From IMG/VR virus record IMGVR_UViG_3300032270_001137, positions 1 through 53,567 of that record: a stretch of DNA of 53,567 nucleotides. One strand, written 5' to 3'. Position numbers and translations under genes: made by a program. Shown here one piece after another: positions 19,899 through 29,314 of this stretch. Position 1 is the first letter of the stretch, and each line of letters opens with the position of its first letter. The stretch is from a virus (taxonomy: Duplodnaviria; Caudoviricetes). The notes under the pieces were generated by a model, which did not search any database, was not told the DNA's origin, and saw only the letters and a list, made by a program, of their open reading frames with translations.

Positions 19899-20210
19899 AT
19901 GAAACACTTACGTACATTTGAAGTATTCATAAATGAATCTTCGTCAGACTCTCCGTCTTACTGGAAAAGTTACGAAAAAGACCATCCAATGCAAGATGAA
20001 AGTGGAGCTAAGAAAGAAACAAATATCAAAAACATCGAATCATTAGTTGATTATCGAATCAAACATTGGAAAGAAGAAGATGAATCTGGAGAAATTATTA
20101 ACGATCTTTCTATAATGAGAATCAAAGGAGAGGCTTACCGTTTCTTTAGTTCGTTTCAATATATTAACACAAACGTTATCGATGCAATGATTATGCAATT
20201 AGCTAAATAA
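19899..20210 (+). CDS. hypothetical protein with leader
   Basis: MKHLRTFEVFINE. Confidence 0.7.
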   Translation: MKHLRTFEVFINESSSDSPSYWKSYEKDHPMQDESGAKKETNIKNIESLVDYRIKHWKEEDESGEIINDLSIMRIKGEAYRFFSSFQYINTNVIDAMIMQLAK

Positions 20211-20223
20211 AAATAATCACACG

Positions 20224-20754
20224 ATGAAATACATTAAACTATTTGAAAACTTTATCAATGAAGCTAAATCTTTAAGAGTAACTATAGATGCAGATCTATG
20301 GAAATTAAAAAAGCCTATTGAGGTAAAATCTCCATATGAGTCAGATTTTAGACTTTTTTCACATCCTATAACTCAAGACCAAACCTGGGGTAACATTAAC
20401 TGGGGTGAGCCTGGATTAAATCTAGTCGTTTTACAAATCATTAAGCAGGAAAACAGCGACAAATGTTGGATAAAAATTGGCGCCGGAAAAGGATCAGGTA
20501 TGCCTAATGATGATAATACAGGTTCTATCCTCTGGTCGACTTATGGTGATAACGTTCCTGCTACCGTTGAAGAAATGAAAGCAGATCCAAAGGCTGTTGC
20601 AAAAAGAGCAGCTAGTACATTTGTTGGTGCTAAACGCGGTTTTGATATGAATTATTCAGTTGGCACTCAGCAGCAAAAAGGTATCTTTAAGATTGCCAAT
20701 GACCTAGATAAGCCTATTTTAGAGCTAATCGAATTTGCAGTAAAACATATATAA
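20224..20754 (+). CDS. hypothetical protein with leader
   Basis: MKYIKLFENFINE. Confidence 0.7.
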   Translation: MKYIKLFENFINEAKSLRVTIDADLWKLKKPIEVKSPYESDFRLFSHPITQDQTWGNINWGEPGLNLVVLQIIKQENSDKCWIKIGAGKGSGMPNDDNTGSILWSTYGDNVPATVEEMKADPKAVAKRAASTFVGAKRGFDMNYSVGTQQQKGIFKIANDLDKPILELIEFAVKHI

Positions 20755-20757
20755 ACC

Positions 20758-21654
20758 ATGAAACATTTACAAACATATGAAAACTTCTTAAATGAAGGTA
20801 AAGAACTAGAACAAGGCGTTAAATACGTTAATTCTAAAACAGATGAAGAGGGTTTTATATCAACCGGTGGTTCAACTGATCCTAAGCATTGGAAATTTCT
20901 TGTAGACATCAAGGGTAAAGGTAAAAATAGCGGAAAATACGGAGTAGAATCATATCCATATCTTGAAGTTAAAAAGGATCTTAAACCTTCTAAAGATCAA
21001 AAGGACTCTGGTTTTTCAGGTTATTTGAAAGCAGGTGGTAGAGTATGGGATAATGAAAACAGTCCATCAGGTCAAGACGTAAATGAAAAGAAAAAAGAAC
21101 TTGGTCTTTACGTTACAGGTAGAACCTCTAGTGATAATAATAAAATCGGTAAGTGGTTAGATAAGTCTGACTTTCATGCTGAATGGAATGCTAGAGATGG
21201 TTACTGGTTATTTCCAGCCGATGATGAAAGCGAGTATGACGAATTAGAAAAAGAGCTTGATAAAGAGTTTGCAAAGAATAATATCGATGCACGTTTCGAA
21301 GGTATCTTTGAATCAGCTAGTATGAACGATCCTATTTTAGTTGCATATCGTGCTGCAAAAGAGGCCAGAAAAAAATCAGCAGCAGATCAAGCTGAAATGA
21401 AGAAAAATAGAGTCTACGGTAAAAAGCGTGAAGCTCTTGAAAACCAGCTATGGAATATTGCACAAGATTTGAAAGATGCCTATGTTGATCGTCGTACTAC
21501 ATATGATGATATGGAAGCTGAAGCAGGTGAAAAAGGAAATGACTGGTCAGATAAGGATGCAAATCGTTATGGAGACATGTTGAATAAAATCGACAGTAAA
21601 ATAGAAGCACTCTTACAGAAGAGACAAGAAATTGAAATAAAATTAGCATACTAA
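20758..21654 (+). CDS. multi-segment hypothetical protein with leader
   Basis: MKHLQTYENFLNE, internal DVNE, IFES. Confidence 0.7.
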   Translation: MKHLQTYENFLNEGKELEQGVKYVNSKTDEEGFISTGGSTDPKHWKFLVDIKGKGKNSGKYGVESYPYLEVKKDLKPSKDQKDSGFSGYLKAGGRVWDNENSPSGQDVNEKKKELGLYVTGRTSSDNNKIGKWLDKSDFHAEWNARDGYWLFPADDESEYDELEKELDKEFAKNNIDARFEGIFESASMNDPILVAYRAAKEARKKSAADQAEMKKNRVYGKKREALENQLWNIAQDLKDAYVDRRTTYDDMEAEAGEKGNDWSDKDANRYGDMLNKIDSKIEALLQKRQEIEIKLAY

Positions 21655-21655
21655 A

Positions 21656-21778
21656 ATGGGAAGAGCTAGAAAAGAAGGTAAACCAAAACGCAATAGGGCT
21701 AATGTAGCTAAAAATCAAAAGAGAATTTCAGCGAATATTGAAGCTCTTAAGAAGATGCGTGAAGATCTAAAAAACTAA
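21656..21778 (+). CDS. small basic protein (40 aa, MGRARKEGKPKRNR...), not in ORF track
   Basis: Exactly fills gap; stop overlaps next ATG (TAATG). Confidence 0.65.
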   Translation: MGRARKEGKPKRNRANVAKNQKRISANIEALKKMREDLKN

Positions 21779-22038
21779 TGCTACCGTTTACGCAAGAGCA
21801 ACTTTCAGAAAACACTTTTATCCGAATCTTCCCTGAAACTACCCCTGAGCTAGAACTAAAATGGCACTGGGATGAAGAGGATAGAATCATAGAGCCAGTT
21901 GGACCAACCGACTGGCTTTTTCAGTTCGATAACCAATTACCAATCAGGATAAATAACCCGATATTCATACCCAAAGGAGTCATACACAGAGTCATTAAGG
22001 GTACTGGAGATCTGAAAATTAAAGTGGTAAAAAAATAA
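21778..22038 (+). CDS. cupin-like small protein
   Basis: WH.D.E.R...IPKG..HRVIKG. Confidence 0.6.
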   Translation: MLPFTQEQLSENTFIRIFPETTPELELKWHWDEEDRIIEPVGPTDWLFQFDNQLPIRINNPIFIPKGVIHRVIKGTGDLKIKVVKK

Positions 22039-22044
22039 AGGGTT

Positions 22045-22422
22045 ATGAAAATTTTAGAAAACTTACAAAAATGGGCAGGTGGCCTTTTCAAAGACGAATC
22101 AGGCACTCCATCATCAAAAAGACTAGTTGGTATTTTATGTGCTATTACTTTGTGTATTACCATGTACCATAATAGTTTCTCAACAGTTGACATTGCTCCA
22201 GCACAATATCTTGTAGACGCTGTAGCACTTTTAGCATTTAGTACATTAGGTCTATCTTCAGTTGACAAATTCGTTGCAGCTAAGAAAGATATCAACTCAG
22301 CTACATCTAGCTCCGAGCCTGTTAAACCTGTTGCTCCTGCCCCTAGTGCACCTTCAGCTCCTGTTCAAGAGTCTGGTATATGCACTAATTGCGAATGCGA
22401 GCCTTGTGTATGCAATGCTTAA
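22045..22422 (+). CDS. two-TM membrane protein (holin-like) with Pro/Ala linker and Cys-rich tail
   Basis: PSSKRLVG-TM1...TM2-SVDKF; CTNCECEPCVC. Confidence 0.55.
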   Translation: MKILENLQKWAGGLFKDESGTPSSKRLVGILCAITLCITMYHNSFSTVDIAPAQYLVDAVALLAFSTLGLSSVDKFVAAKKDINSATSSSEPVKPVAPAPSAPSAPVQESGICTNCECEPCVCNA

Positions 22423-22451
22423 ATAGGGTTATAAAAATAACATCATGTAAA

Positions 22452-23705
22452 TTGAAATCAAAACTAATCATTATAGGGTTCATAATGGCTGTTTTCTTAG
22501 CTTTGAAAACATCTGTACTACTTGATATTACACCCTCATCGCCGACTACAAGAAGTACTGAATACGTTTTATTTTTAATTACGTTGTATCTTTTATATTC
22601 ATTTATAGCACAGTATATTAAGAATGAAAGGATAAACAAAAAGCTTACTTCTAAAATCATTCAAAAGGAAAGGTCTATATCTAATAGAATGGATGCGATA
22701 AATCGCTCAAGCCCTGTAATTGAATTTGATATAGATGGGGTAATTTGTTTTGTAAACAATTCATTTTTGGATGCAATGGGGTATACATCAGATGAGATTG
22801 TAGGAAAGCATCATAGTATTTTTGTTTTTGATGATGAAAGAAATTCGCAGGAATATGTAAATTTCTGGAATAAACTAAGATCAGGTATTTATTTTAGTGG
22901 AGATATTATCAGAAAGAAAAAAGATGGTACTGAGATTTACTTAAGCGCAACATACAACCCAATCATCAATGAAAAAGGAGAAATATACCGAATACTAAAA
23001 ATAGCAAGGGATATATCTAAAATCGTTGAAAACAAAATTGAGATTGAAAAAAAGAATACGTATCTTGAACACGCTGCTAAGATTCTTAGACATGATATGC
23101 ATAGTGGCATCAATACCTATATCCCACGTGGTATTAGCTCTTTGGAAAGAAGATTAACGCTCGAGGCTATTAAAGATCTCAAGCTTGAAGCTCCATTAAA
23201 AATGTTGAAAGAGGGTTTAAAGCACACGCAAAAGGTTTATAAAGGAGTTTACGAATTTACAAATCTTGTCAAAGCGGATTCTGCATTAAATACAGAGACT
23301 TTAAACCCTAAAACCGTTCTAAGGGAATATCTAGAATCAACATCATACTCAGGTCAGGTTGTTATAGACAATTTGCCAGATTTAGAAATAAATGAATCGC
23401 TTTTTTGTACAGCAGTCGATAATTTAATCAGAAATGGTTTAAAGTATAATGACAGTGATACCAAATGGGTTAAGATCTATATGTTAGATGAAAATACAAT
23501 GGCCATTCAGGATAATGGCCGAGGTATTTCACAGGAAGATTTTGACTATCTTTCAAAACCGTATACAAGAAAAGAGGGTCAGAGGGAACCTGGCACAGGT
23601 CTGGGCCTTAATATATGCACTGCTATACTAGAAGAGCATAATTTTGAAATAAAATGTAAAAAAGCCGCTGAATGTGGTACAATAATGATGATAAAAGTAA
23701 AATGA
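22452..23705 (+). CDS. membrane PAS-domain sensor histidine kinase
   Basis: 2 TM, PAS (VIEF..DG....N..F...MGY...EIVGKHH...FW..L..G), H-box RHDMH, N-box DNLIRNGLKY, G1 DNGRG, G2 GTGLGL; start TTG 22452 inferred. Confidence 0.88.
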   Translation: MKSKLIIIGFIMAVFLALKTSVLLDITPSSPTTRSTEYVLFLITLYLLYSFIAQYIKNERINKKLTSKIIQKERSISNRMDAINRSSPVIEFDIDGVICFVNNSFLDAMGYTSDEIVGKHHSIFVFDDERNSQEYVNFWNKLRSGIYFSGDIIRKKKDGTEIYLSATYNPIINEKGEIYRILKIARDISKIVENKIEIEKKNTYLEHAAKILRHDMHSGINTYIPRGISSLERRLTLEAIKDLKLEAPLKMLKEGLKHTQKVYKGVYEFTNLVKADSALNTETLNPKTVLREYLESTSYSGQVVIDNLPDLEINESLFCTAVDNLIRNGLKYNDSDTKWVKIYMLDENTMAIQDNGRGISQEDFDYLSKPYTRKEGQREPGTGLGLNICTAILEEHNFEIKCKKAAECGTIMMIKVK

Positions 23706-24328
23706 AAAACTTAATTACAGTCTTATTTTTAATGTTTAGTCTGGTTTCCTTTTCACAGACTAACTACCCTATTAAAACAATTTTCAAGGGTGACTCTGTT
23801 ATTATTTTGACTATTCAACAGTCAGAAGATATAAACGCGGTAATTGAAAAAAATTCCAAACTGTTAAAGGAATCTAATAAAAAGATTAAGGAAAGGGATG
23901 AGCAGATTTTGAAACTTGAAAGTGTTTTATTAGAACAGAATGTCTATATTGATAGCCTGTCTAAAATTTTACTAAAACATCTTAACAGGGAAGATACAGT
24001 AAACAGTCTCATAGATAGTCTTTGGAAATGGTCTTTAGGTCCTAGTCTTATCTATACACAATATCCAGACGACAGTACAGTTTACATAATGGATCTGTCA
24101 CACCACTATATGACCACAGATGACTTTGGGATAATAATGGTTCAGATGTCAGATAGGGAATATAAAAAATATCAAGAATTTATTCAGAACTATGGTATGA
24201 GTGAACAGGCTTTCTGGGATTTTAGAAATAATATAAGGATAAAAAGATTACCAAGCGATGAGATTGACGAGAGGAGAGTTTGGAAATTTAGAAAACAATG
24301 GTCTAAACCAAAGGAGGATAAAAAATGA
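23702..24328 (+). CDS. exported coiled-coil protein
   Basis: Signal peptide MKNLITVLFLMFSLVSFS-Q; ATGA-coupled. Confidence 0.7.
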   Translation: MKNLITVLFLMFSLVSFSQTNYPIKTIFKGDSVIILTIQQSEDINAVIEKNSKLLKESNKKIKERDEQILKLESVLLEQNVYIDSLSKILLKHLNREDTVNSLIDSLWKWSLGPSLIYTQYPDDSTVYIMDLSHHYMTTDDFGIIMVQMSDREYKKYQEFIQNYGMSEQAFWDFRNNIRIKRLPSDEIDERRVWKFRKQWSKPKEDKK

Positions 24329-25638
24329 AAAAGATTTTAGTTATAGCGTTTTTGCTTTTTAGTTCATTTGTCTATTCACAAGATACAACAGATTTTTTAA
24401 TTAAACCCAATTGGGAAAATCCTGAAGTCCAAGTTGACAGCGTAGTGGCTTCATCCTTTAAACTATCTGATATATTACCAGAGAAAATAATTCCAAAATG
24501 GCTTGAGCCGGAGCCTGAAACCCCTAAAGAAGAATTGTCAGAGCAGGAGGTTAAGTTACTAGAAGGTGACATTAAGTTTATGACCGACTTACCGCAATCA
24601 TATGAGGAATTACCAAAGGAGGATTTGAAAAATGTTTTGACCCAGATTGATAATAAGATCAATCAATTAAAGACTGAGATTGCAAGGTTAATTGAACAGA
24701 GGGCAAAACAGGAAGTTATTAAGTCTAAACAGAGTACATTAACAGTACTGGAAAAAGAAAAGAGTATCATTAACTTAACATTATCGGGAGGTGAATTAAA
24801 GGATGCAAATGGAAATCTATTAGGCCAAAATGATCAATTAAAAACCGAAAGCGGTAAACTTAAAAAGTATTTGTATATTGCAGTAGGTATTGCAATTTTA
24901 CTAGGTCTTTTAACGGCAATTATTTTACAAAGAAAGAGGATCAGCGTACAGGATGTAGAAATAGAAGACCAGTTAAACGACATCAATAGAAAGAACACTT
25001 ATCTAGAACATGCTGCTAGAATTATTAGACATGATATGCATAGTGGTATCAACACCTATATGCCTAGAGGTTTAAGTTCATTAGAAAGAAGATTATCGTC
25101 TGATGACATTGAGAATTTTAAGATTGCAGCTCCTTTGAAAATGATAAAAGATGGTCTTTCTCATACACAGAGGGTTTATAAAAGTGTTTACGAGTTTACT
25201 AATCTGGTTAAAATGCATGTCGTTCTTGATAAAAGCAAAGTTGATGTTAAAGATGTACTACAGAAATATATCGATAACACATCATACAGTAACCAGGTTC
25301 AGATAGGAGATCTTATGGAGTTAGAGATAAATGAAACATTATTTTGTAACGCCATTGATAATCTTATCAGAAATGGTCTAAAATATAATGACAGCCTAGA
25401 AAAATGGGTTAAAGTATATGCTGAAGGTGATATGATTTTAATTAAAGATAATGGAAAAGGTTTAACCCGAAACCAATTTGAAAAATCGATTAAAGCGCAA
25501 CCCGAAGAAAACAGCAAAAACGAAATCGGTCTGGGACTGAGTATCTGTAATGCGATACTTAAAGAACATGGTTTTAGTTTTACATGTGAGAAATCAGAAG
25601 GCCAAGGAACTTTGATAAAGATAAATACCAAAAATTAA
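24325..25638 (+). CDS. sensor histidine kinase with signal peptide, periplasmic coiled coil and one TM
   Basis: RHDMH, DNLIRNGLKY, DNGKG, IGLGL; paralog of 22452 kinase core. Confidence 0.88.
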   Translation: MKKILVIAFLLFSSFVYSQDTTDFLIKPNWENPEVQVDSVVASSFKLSDILPEKIIPKWLEPEPETPKEELSEQEVKLLEGDIKFMTDLPQSYEELPKEDLKNVLTQIDNKINQLKTEIARLIEQRAKQEVIKSKQSTLTVLEKEKSIINLTLSGGELKDANGNLLGQNDQLKTESGKLKKYLYIAVGIAILLGLLTAIILQRKRISVQDVEIEDQLNDINRKNTYLEHAARIIRHDMHSGINTYMPRGLSSLERRLSSDDIENFKIAAPLKMIKDGLSHTQRVYKSVYEFTNLVKMHVVLDKSKVDVKDVLQKYIDNTSYSNQVQIGDLMELEINETLFCNAIDNLIRNGLKYNDSLEKWVKVYAEGDMILIKDNGKGLTRNQFEKSIKAQPEENSKNEIGLGLSICNAILKEHGFSFTCEKSEGQGTLIKINTKN

Positions 25639-25647
25639 AGGTTAAAA

Positions 25648-26085
25648 ATGATTGAATCTATATTACTAGTAGATGATGAGGATTTATTCCATCTTGTATT
25701 TGAAGATGCATGTAGTCTTCTAGATATTACATTATCACTAAATGCAGTTAACAGCTCAGATGAAGCAGAAAGGATGTTTAAGAAATGGTTCGAAACTGGT
25801 AATACAGAGGATAAACCAAAATGTGTATTTGTAGACTTAAACATCATTGGTTCTAGTTTCGACGGTATTGAGTTAATTAGAAAAGTTAACTTCGAATACG
25901 GTAACCATGTTGTAATTGGTATTATATCATCAAGTAACGAAGCAACTGAACAGGCAAAAGCAATTCAAGCTGGTGCACAATTCTGGATTGTAAAAAGTGA
26001 CGACATTGAACCTCGTCTAGAAGACTTCAGAAAAGATTATGAAGGCTATGAAAAGAGAACAGCCTCTTTCAAGGTCTATAGATAA
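25648..26085 (+). CDS. stand-alone response regulator receiver (CheY-like)
   Basis: ILLVDDE, VFVDLN (phospho-Asp), IISS, WIVK. Confidence 0.88.
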   Translation: MIESILLVDDEDLFHLVFEDACSLLDITLSLNAVNSSDEAERMFKKWFETGNTEDKPKCVFVDLNIIGSSFDGIELIRKVNFEYGNHVVIGIISSSNEATEQAKAIQAGAQFWIVKSDDIEPRLEDFRKDYEGYEKRTASFKVYR

Positions 26086-26090
26086 TCTAT

Positions 26091-26750
26091 ATGCTTACAC
26101 CAGATCAAGACACTAGGAAAGCCCTAATTAAATTAGCAGAAGAGAAAAACATTTACCTTGAAGGAAATATCATCAAGGTAATTTCTGCGGGTGATGACGA
26201 AGCATTTCAAAGGTATCTTACTGAAGCAGCAGAACGTGATAAAAGCATCCGCAGAAAGCGTTTAGAAATTACTAAACAGGTTCAGACACAGAATAATAGT
26301 CTTCTAGAAGCACAGTCCCATAATGAATCCTTAATGACAGAGCTTAAAGAAACTCTTAAAAATATGGAGGACTCAAAGACTCAGATCGAGCAACAGAATG
26401 CCGATCTAATGGCATCAAGAGAGGAAAATGAGCGAATGAATGTAGAACTCAAAGAGGCTCTAGATGCAGCAGAAGAGGCAAAAAACCACGCAGAAAACGA
26501 TCTAGATCTTTTGCAAAAGAAGACGCAATTCGAACTTATCAATCTTATAGTTAAAGTGGCCCTAATAGTAATAGCAGGTGTAGGTTTAACAACTACCGGT
26601 CTGTACATCATGGCCTTATTCATAGATAAAGATACACAGATTATAGGATCGACATGGAGTAACATGTTTGGTATCTTACTTACTAACGCCTTTAGTATCA
26701 TAGGTACTATAATGGGTGTTAAGTATGCCTCTGAAAAAACAGGCGAATAA
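26091..26750 (+). CDS. coiled-coil protein with two C-terminal TM helices
   Basis: Long heptad region then two hydrophobic segments. Confidence 0.75.
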   Translation: MLTPDQDTRKALIKLAEEKNIYLEGNIIKVISAGDDEAFQRYLTEAAERDKSIRRKRLEITKQVQTQNNSLLEAQSHNESLMTELKETLKNMEDSKTQIEQQNADLMASREENERMNVELKEALDAAEEAKNHAENDLDLLQKKTQFELINLIVKVALIVIAGVGLTTTGLYIMALFIDKDTQIIGSTWSNMFGILLTNAFSIIGTIMGVKYASEKTGE

Positions 26751-26774
26751 ATAGACTATAATAAATTCAAAAAT

Positions 26775-27119
26775 ATGGGACAGATTAAAAAATTTAACGA
26801 GTATTTTAGCAATGGTGAAAAACCTGAACAGGTTGAAGAGGCTAAGAATCAAACAATTGATATGACTTATATCATTGGTTTAGATGTAAATGAAGTAATG
26901 CAAAACCTTTACGCTAAACTCTCAAAGCAATACACTAAATCTTTTAAGGGTAAAAAACTAGAATTTATTACAGGTACAAAATCACAAGGTGAAGGTACTG
27001 TTAAAGAGGTTATAATAGAGGCAGGTAATTCATCTGCATCAAAACAACCATATACAGTTGAATTTATAACTGAAGACGGAAAGTCTTTCTATGACATAAC
27101 TCATATTGTTGAACTATAA
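26775..27119 (+). CDS. hypothetical protein with leader-like N-terminus
   Basis: MGQIKKFNEYF...VEE. Confidence 0.65.
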   Translation: MGQIKKFNEYFSNGEKPEQVEEAKNQTIDMTYIIGLDVNEVMQNLYAKLSKQYTKSFKGKKLEFITGTKSQGEGTVKEVIIEAGNSSASKQPYTVEFITEDGKSFYDITHIVEL

Positions 27120-27166
27120 TGGACCACGATATCTACGACGATTATAATTGGTACCCGGATAATCAT

Positions 27167-27198
27167 TAAAAAAGCGAGCAATGCTCGCTTTTACTTTT
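27167..27198. terminator. bidirectional intrinsic terminator at convergence of the two transcription arms
   Basis: AAAAAAGCGAGCA-A-TGCTCGCTTTT. Confidence 0.85.
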
Positions 27199-27207
27199 TC
27201 AAACAAC

Positions 27208-27336
27208 TCATCTTCCTTGACCTCTATATTTCTTAGGTTTCTGAGTTTTAGGTCCGTAGCTTTTTTTAGCTTTACCTTCACCTTTTTTACCAAAGCTGAT
27301 TTTGTTGTTTGTTGCCGCTTTTGCTTTTTGTGCCAC
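27208..27336 (-). CDS. small very basic protein (42 aa) ending KKYRGQGR, not in ORF track
   Basis: GTG start; MAQKAKAATNNKISFGKKGEGKAKKSYGPKTQKPKKYRGQGR. Confidence 0.7.
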   Translation of the reverse strand: MAQKAKAATNNKISFGKKGEGKAKKSYGPKTQKPKKYRGQGR

Positions 27337-27345
27337 TTTTAGATT

Positions 27346-28299
27346 TTATTTTTTCTTTTTGCCTTTATGTTCATCCCAGAGATCAGAATCTGCTTTTCTA
27401 GCTCCTCCTTCTCCAGTTATAAATGAATTTACTCTGCCCATTGCCCATGCTGCTTGAGGTGCGCCAGGTTTATGACCTGTTCTCCATGCTGCCATACCTC
27501 TATCATGAACTTGTTTTAATATACTGTAATTTATGCCTGTTTCATCAGACTTGTTTTTAAGAGCTGTTTCTATTTTAGAATCCTCATTGACTACTGATTC
27601 ATCCTTCTTATCGCCATACTTTTTTCTATATGCTTTAGTAGCAGGGCTTTCTTTAGTATCATGCGGTTCACCCTCTGTGTTACCACCCTTATAATCTGCA
27701 GGCCATTTATCATAAGATGATGGATCGTCAGGATCTTTTTTAGAATGCTTGTCAATTTCCTTTTTCATTAACTCACGTTCTTTCTTAGTATCTGCAGTTA
27801 AGTACTCGCCTTTAACCTTTTTACCCTTTGGGGTTTCAGACTTTTTACCTTCACCATCATCTTCTATCTTTTCTTTCTCCCAAACACCGGTCGTATGTAG
27901 AAACTCATGTTTTTCTTTAGGTCCACCATACTCAGGGCTTTTTACTTTCTTACCCTCGTCTTCTCCACCTTCTCTGGCGATCATACCTTGTGCGATTAAG
28001 CTGGTCTTAACCCCGAACGGAATCTCCTTGCCCTGTTCATACTCCTTTTTATACATAAGAAGTGTTTCACGAGAATATGGTGACTTCTTTTCATTTAACA
28101 TTGAGGCATTCAACACCTCTCTGTATTGTTCAAGTGTTAAAATGTTTTCCATGTTTTCAGTTTTGGATTTGTTTATATTACCGCACTTATGGCAAGTATA
28201 GGGATCATCACCAGCATCATCTTTAGCCCATGACCATTTGCATTTATCGCAAACTATCGTATCACCGACAATGCTTTCAGTTTTGAAATTGTGCCCCAT
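27346..28299 (-). CDS. hypothetical virion-type protein; N-terminal Zn-ribbon, C-terminal DUF5824-like domain
   Basis: CDKC..CHKC; internal MENILTLEQY..MLNE, VVNE; RGMAAW.TGH.PGA....WAMGRVNSF..AD.DL. Confidence 0.65.
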   Translation of the reverse strand: MGHNFKTESIVGDTIVCDKCKWSWAKDDAGDDPYTCHKCGNINKSKTENMENILTLEQYREVLNASMLNEKKSPYSRETLLMYKKEYEQGKEIPFGVKTSLIAQGMIAREGGEDEGKKVKSPEYGGPKEKHEFLHTTGVWEKEKIEDDGEGKKSETPKGKKVKGEYLTADTKKERELMKKEIDKHSKKDPDDPSSYDKWPADYKGGNTEGEPHDTKESPATKAYRKKYGDKKDESVVNEDSKIETALKNKSDETGINYSILKQVHDRGMAAWRTGHKPGAPQAAWAMGRVNSFITGEGGARKADSDLWDEHKGKKKK

Positions 28300-28444
28300 C
28301 TTTCTTTATAAATATGTGTGTTCCCTTGTATCTACCAAAGACCTCATCCGTGTATTCGCTACTCAGATTAAAGAAGTCTAGATCAAGGCTGACCTTTTCA
28401 TAGGTGCTTTCGTTCGGAAATCGAACTAAAAATGGTTTAAGCAT
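28277..28444 (-). CDS. small hypothetical protein (55 aa), not in ORF track
   Basis: MLKPFLVRFPNESTYEK...; fills gap after endolysin. Confidence 0.55.
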   Translation of the reverse strand: MLKPFLVRFPNESTYEKVSLDLDFFNLSSEYTDEVFGRYKGTHIFIKKDGAQFQN

Positions 28445-28450
28445 AGTTGT

Positions 28451-29299
28451 TTACTTTAGATATGACCAATATTCTTTGAAATGTTTAATACGATCTGCCA
28501 AACCAATCGTTCCGCCGTTTACTCTTTTAGTAACTTTAGAAACTGTGGCCTCATCTGAACCTAAATCACAGATAGACCAAAGATTATTACTGTTAAAGAA
28601 AAATGCTGCAGAAGCAAGTGGGTATTTACTGGCCACTAGGTCTGGATTTGATATGATGTTGTCATCAACAAAACTATCAAATTTGGAATAGTTAGACTTG
28701 CCTGTTAATTGAATATAACCACGACCTCTAAACTTCCAGCCTTCACCAGACGCCTCATCACCGTTACCCATTCTTGAAGAGTAAACACGATTTGCAATCT
28801 TTTCTGGGTTACGAGCATATGAAGCTCCAGTTTCGCCAGGGAAATATTTAGGGAAAATTCTTTTAAGACCGTCAGCAGAATAGTTTAGATTTTCATTAAC
28901 TACTTTGAAGTTACCACTTTCATGTGAACACTGAGCTAAAAAGTGAGCTAATCTTAAGTTACTGGTGATATTAAATCTTGCAGCAGTCTCTGGAATCTGA
29001 GCTAAAACAGCATCTGGAACATGTCCTTTTAATTTATCGAGATTAAGACCTGTTGCAACTGGTGCACTAACTGGTGCACTAACTGGTGCACTAGATATTT
29101 CAACTGGTGCATTAGTTTCTGGAAACATTCTTGCCCATGTTCCATTACCAACAATCCCATCTGCAGTTAAGCCATTAGCAGCCTGCCATTCTTTTACTTT
29201 TGATTGAGTACCAGGTCCGAAAATACCGTCTGCGGTTAAACCTAATTTCTCTTGGAGTTTCTTAACGTCTTCTCCTGATGAACCAACTTTTAATAACAT
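28451..29299 (-). CDS. endolysin: peptidoglycan-binding domain + glycoside hydrolase family 19
   Basis: GSSGEDVKKLQ..L...DGIFGPGT...WQ..NGL.ADGIVG; HFLAQCSHESG, ENLNYS, FRGRGYIQLTG..NY, RVNGG..GLADR. Confidence 0.92.
   Translation of the reverse strand: MLLKVGSSGEDVKKLQEKLGLTADGIFGPGTQSKVKEWQAANGLTADGIVGNGTWARMFPETNAPVEISSAPVSAPVSAPVATGLNLDKLKGHVPDAVLAQIPETAARFNITSNLRLAHFLAQCSHESGNFKVVNENLNYSADGLKRIFPKYFPGETGASYARNPEKIANRVYSSRMGNGDEASGEGWKFRGRGYIQLTGKSNYSKFDSFVDDNIISNPDLVASKYPLASAAFFFNSNNLWSICDLGSDEATVSKVTKRVNGGTIGLADRIKHFKEYWSYLK
29057..29092. repeat. 3 x 12-bp tandem repeat encoding endolysin SAPV linker
   Basis: AACTGGTGCACT x3. Confidence 0.9.
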
Positions 29300-29314
29300 G
29301 TCGAAAGTTTATTT

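Noticed and set aside
27119-27169. 16-codon ORF MDHDIYDDYNWYPDNH coupled to the previous stop
   Set aside because: Too short to support without homologs or translation data.
29057-29092. 12-bp tandem repeat as a contingency locus
   Set aside because: In-frame unit encoding a flexible SAPV linker between endolysin domains; no phase-variation effect.
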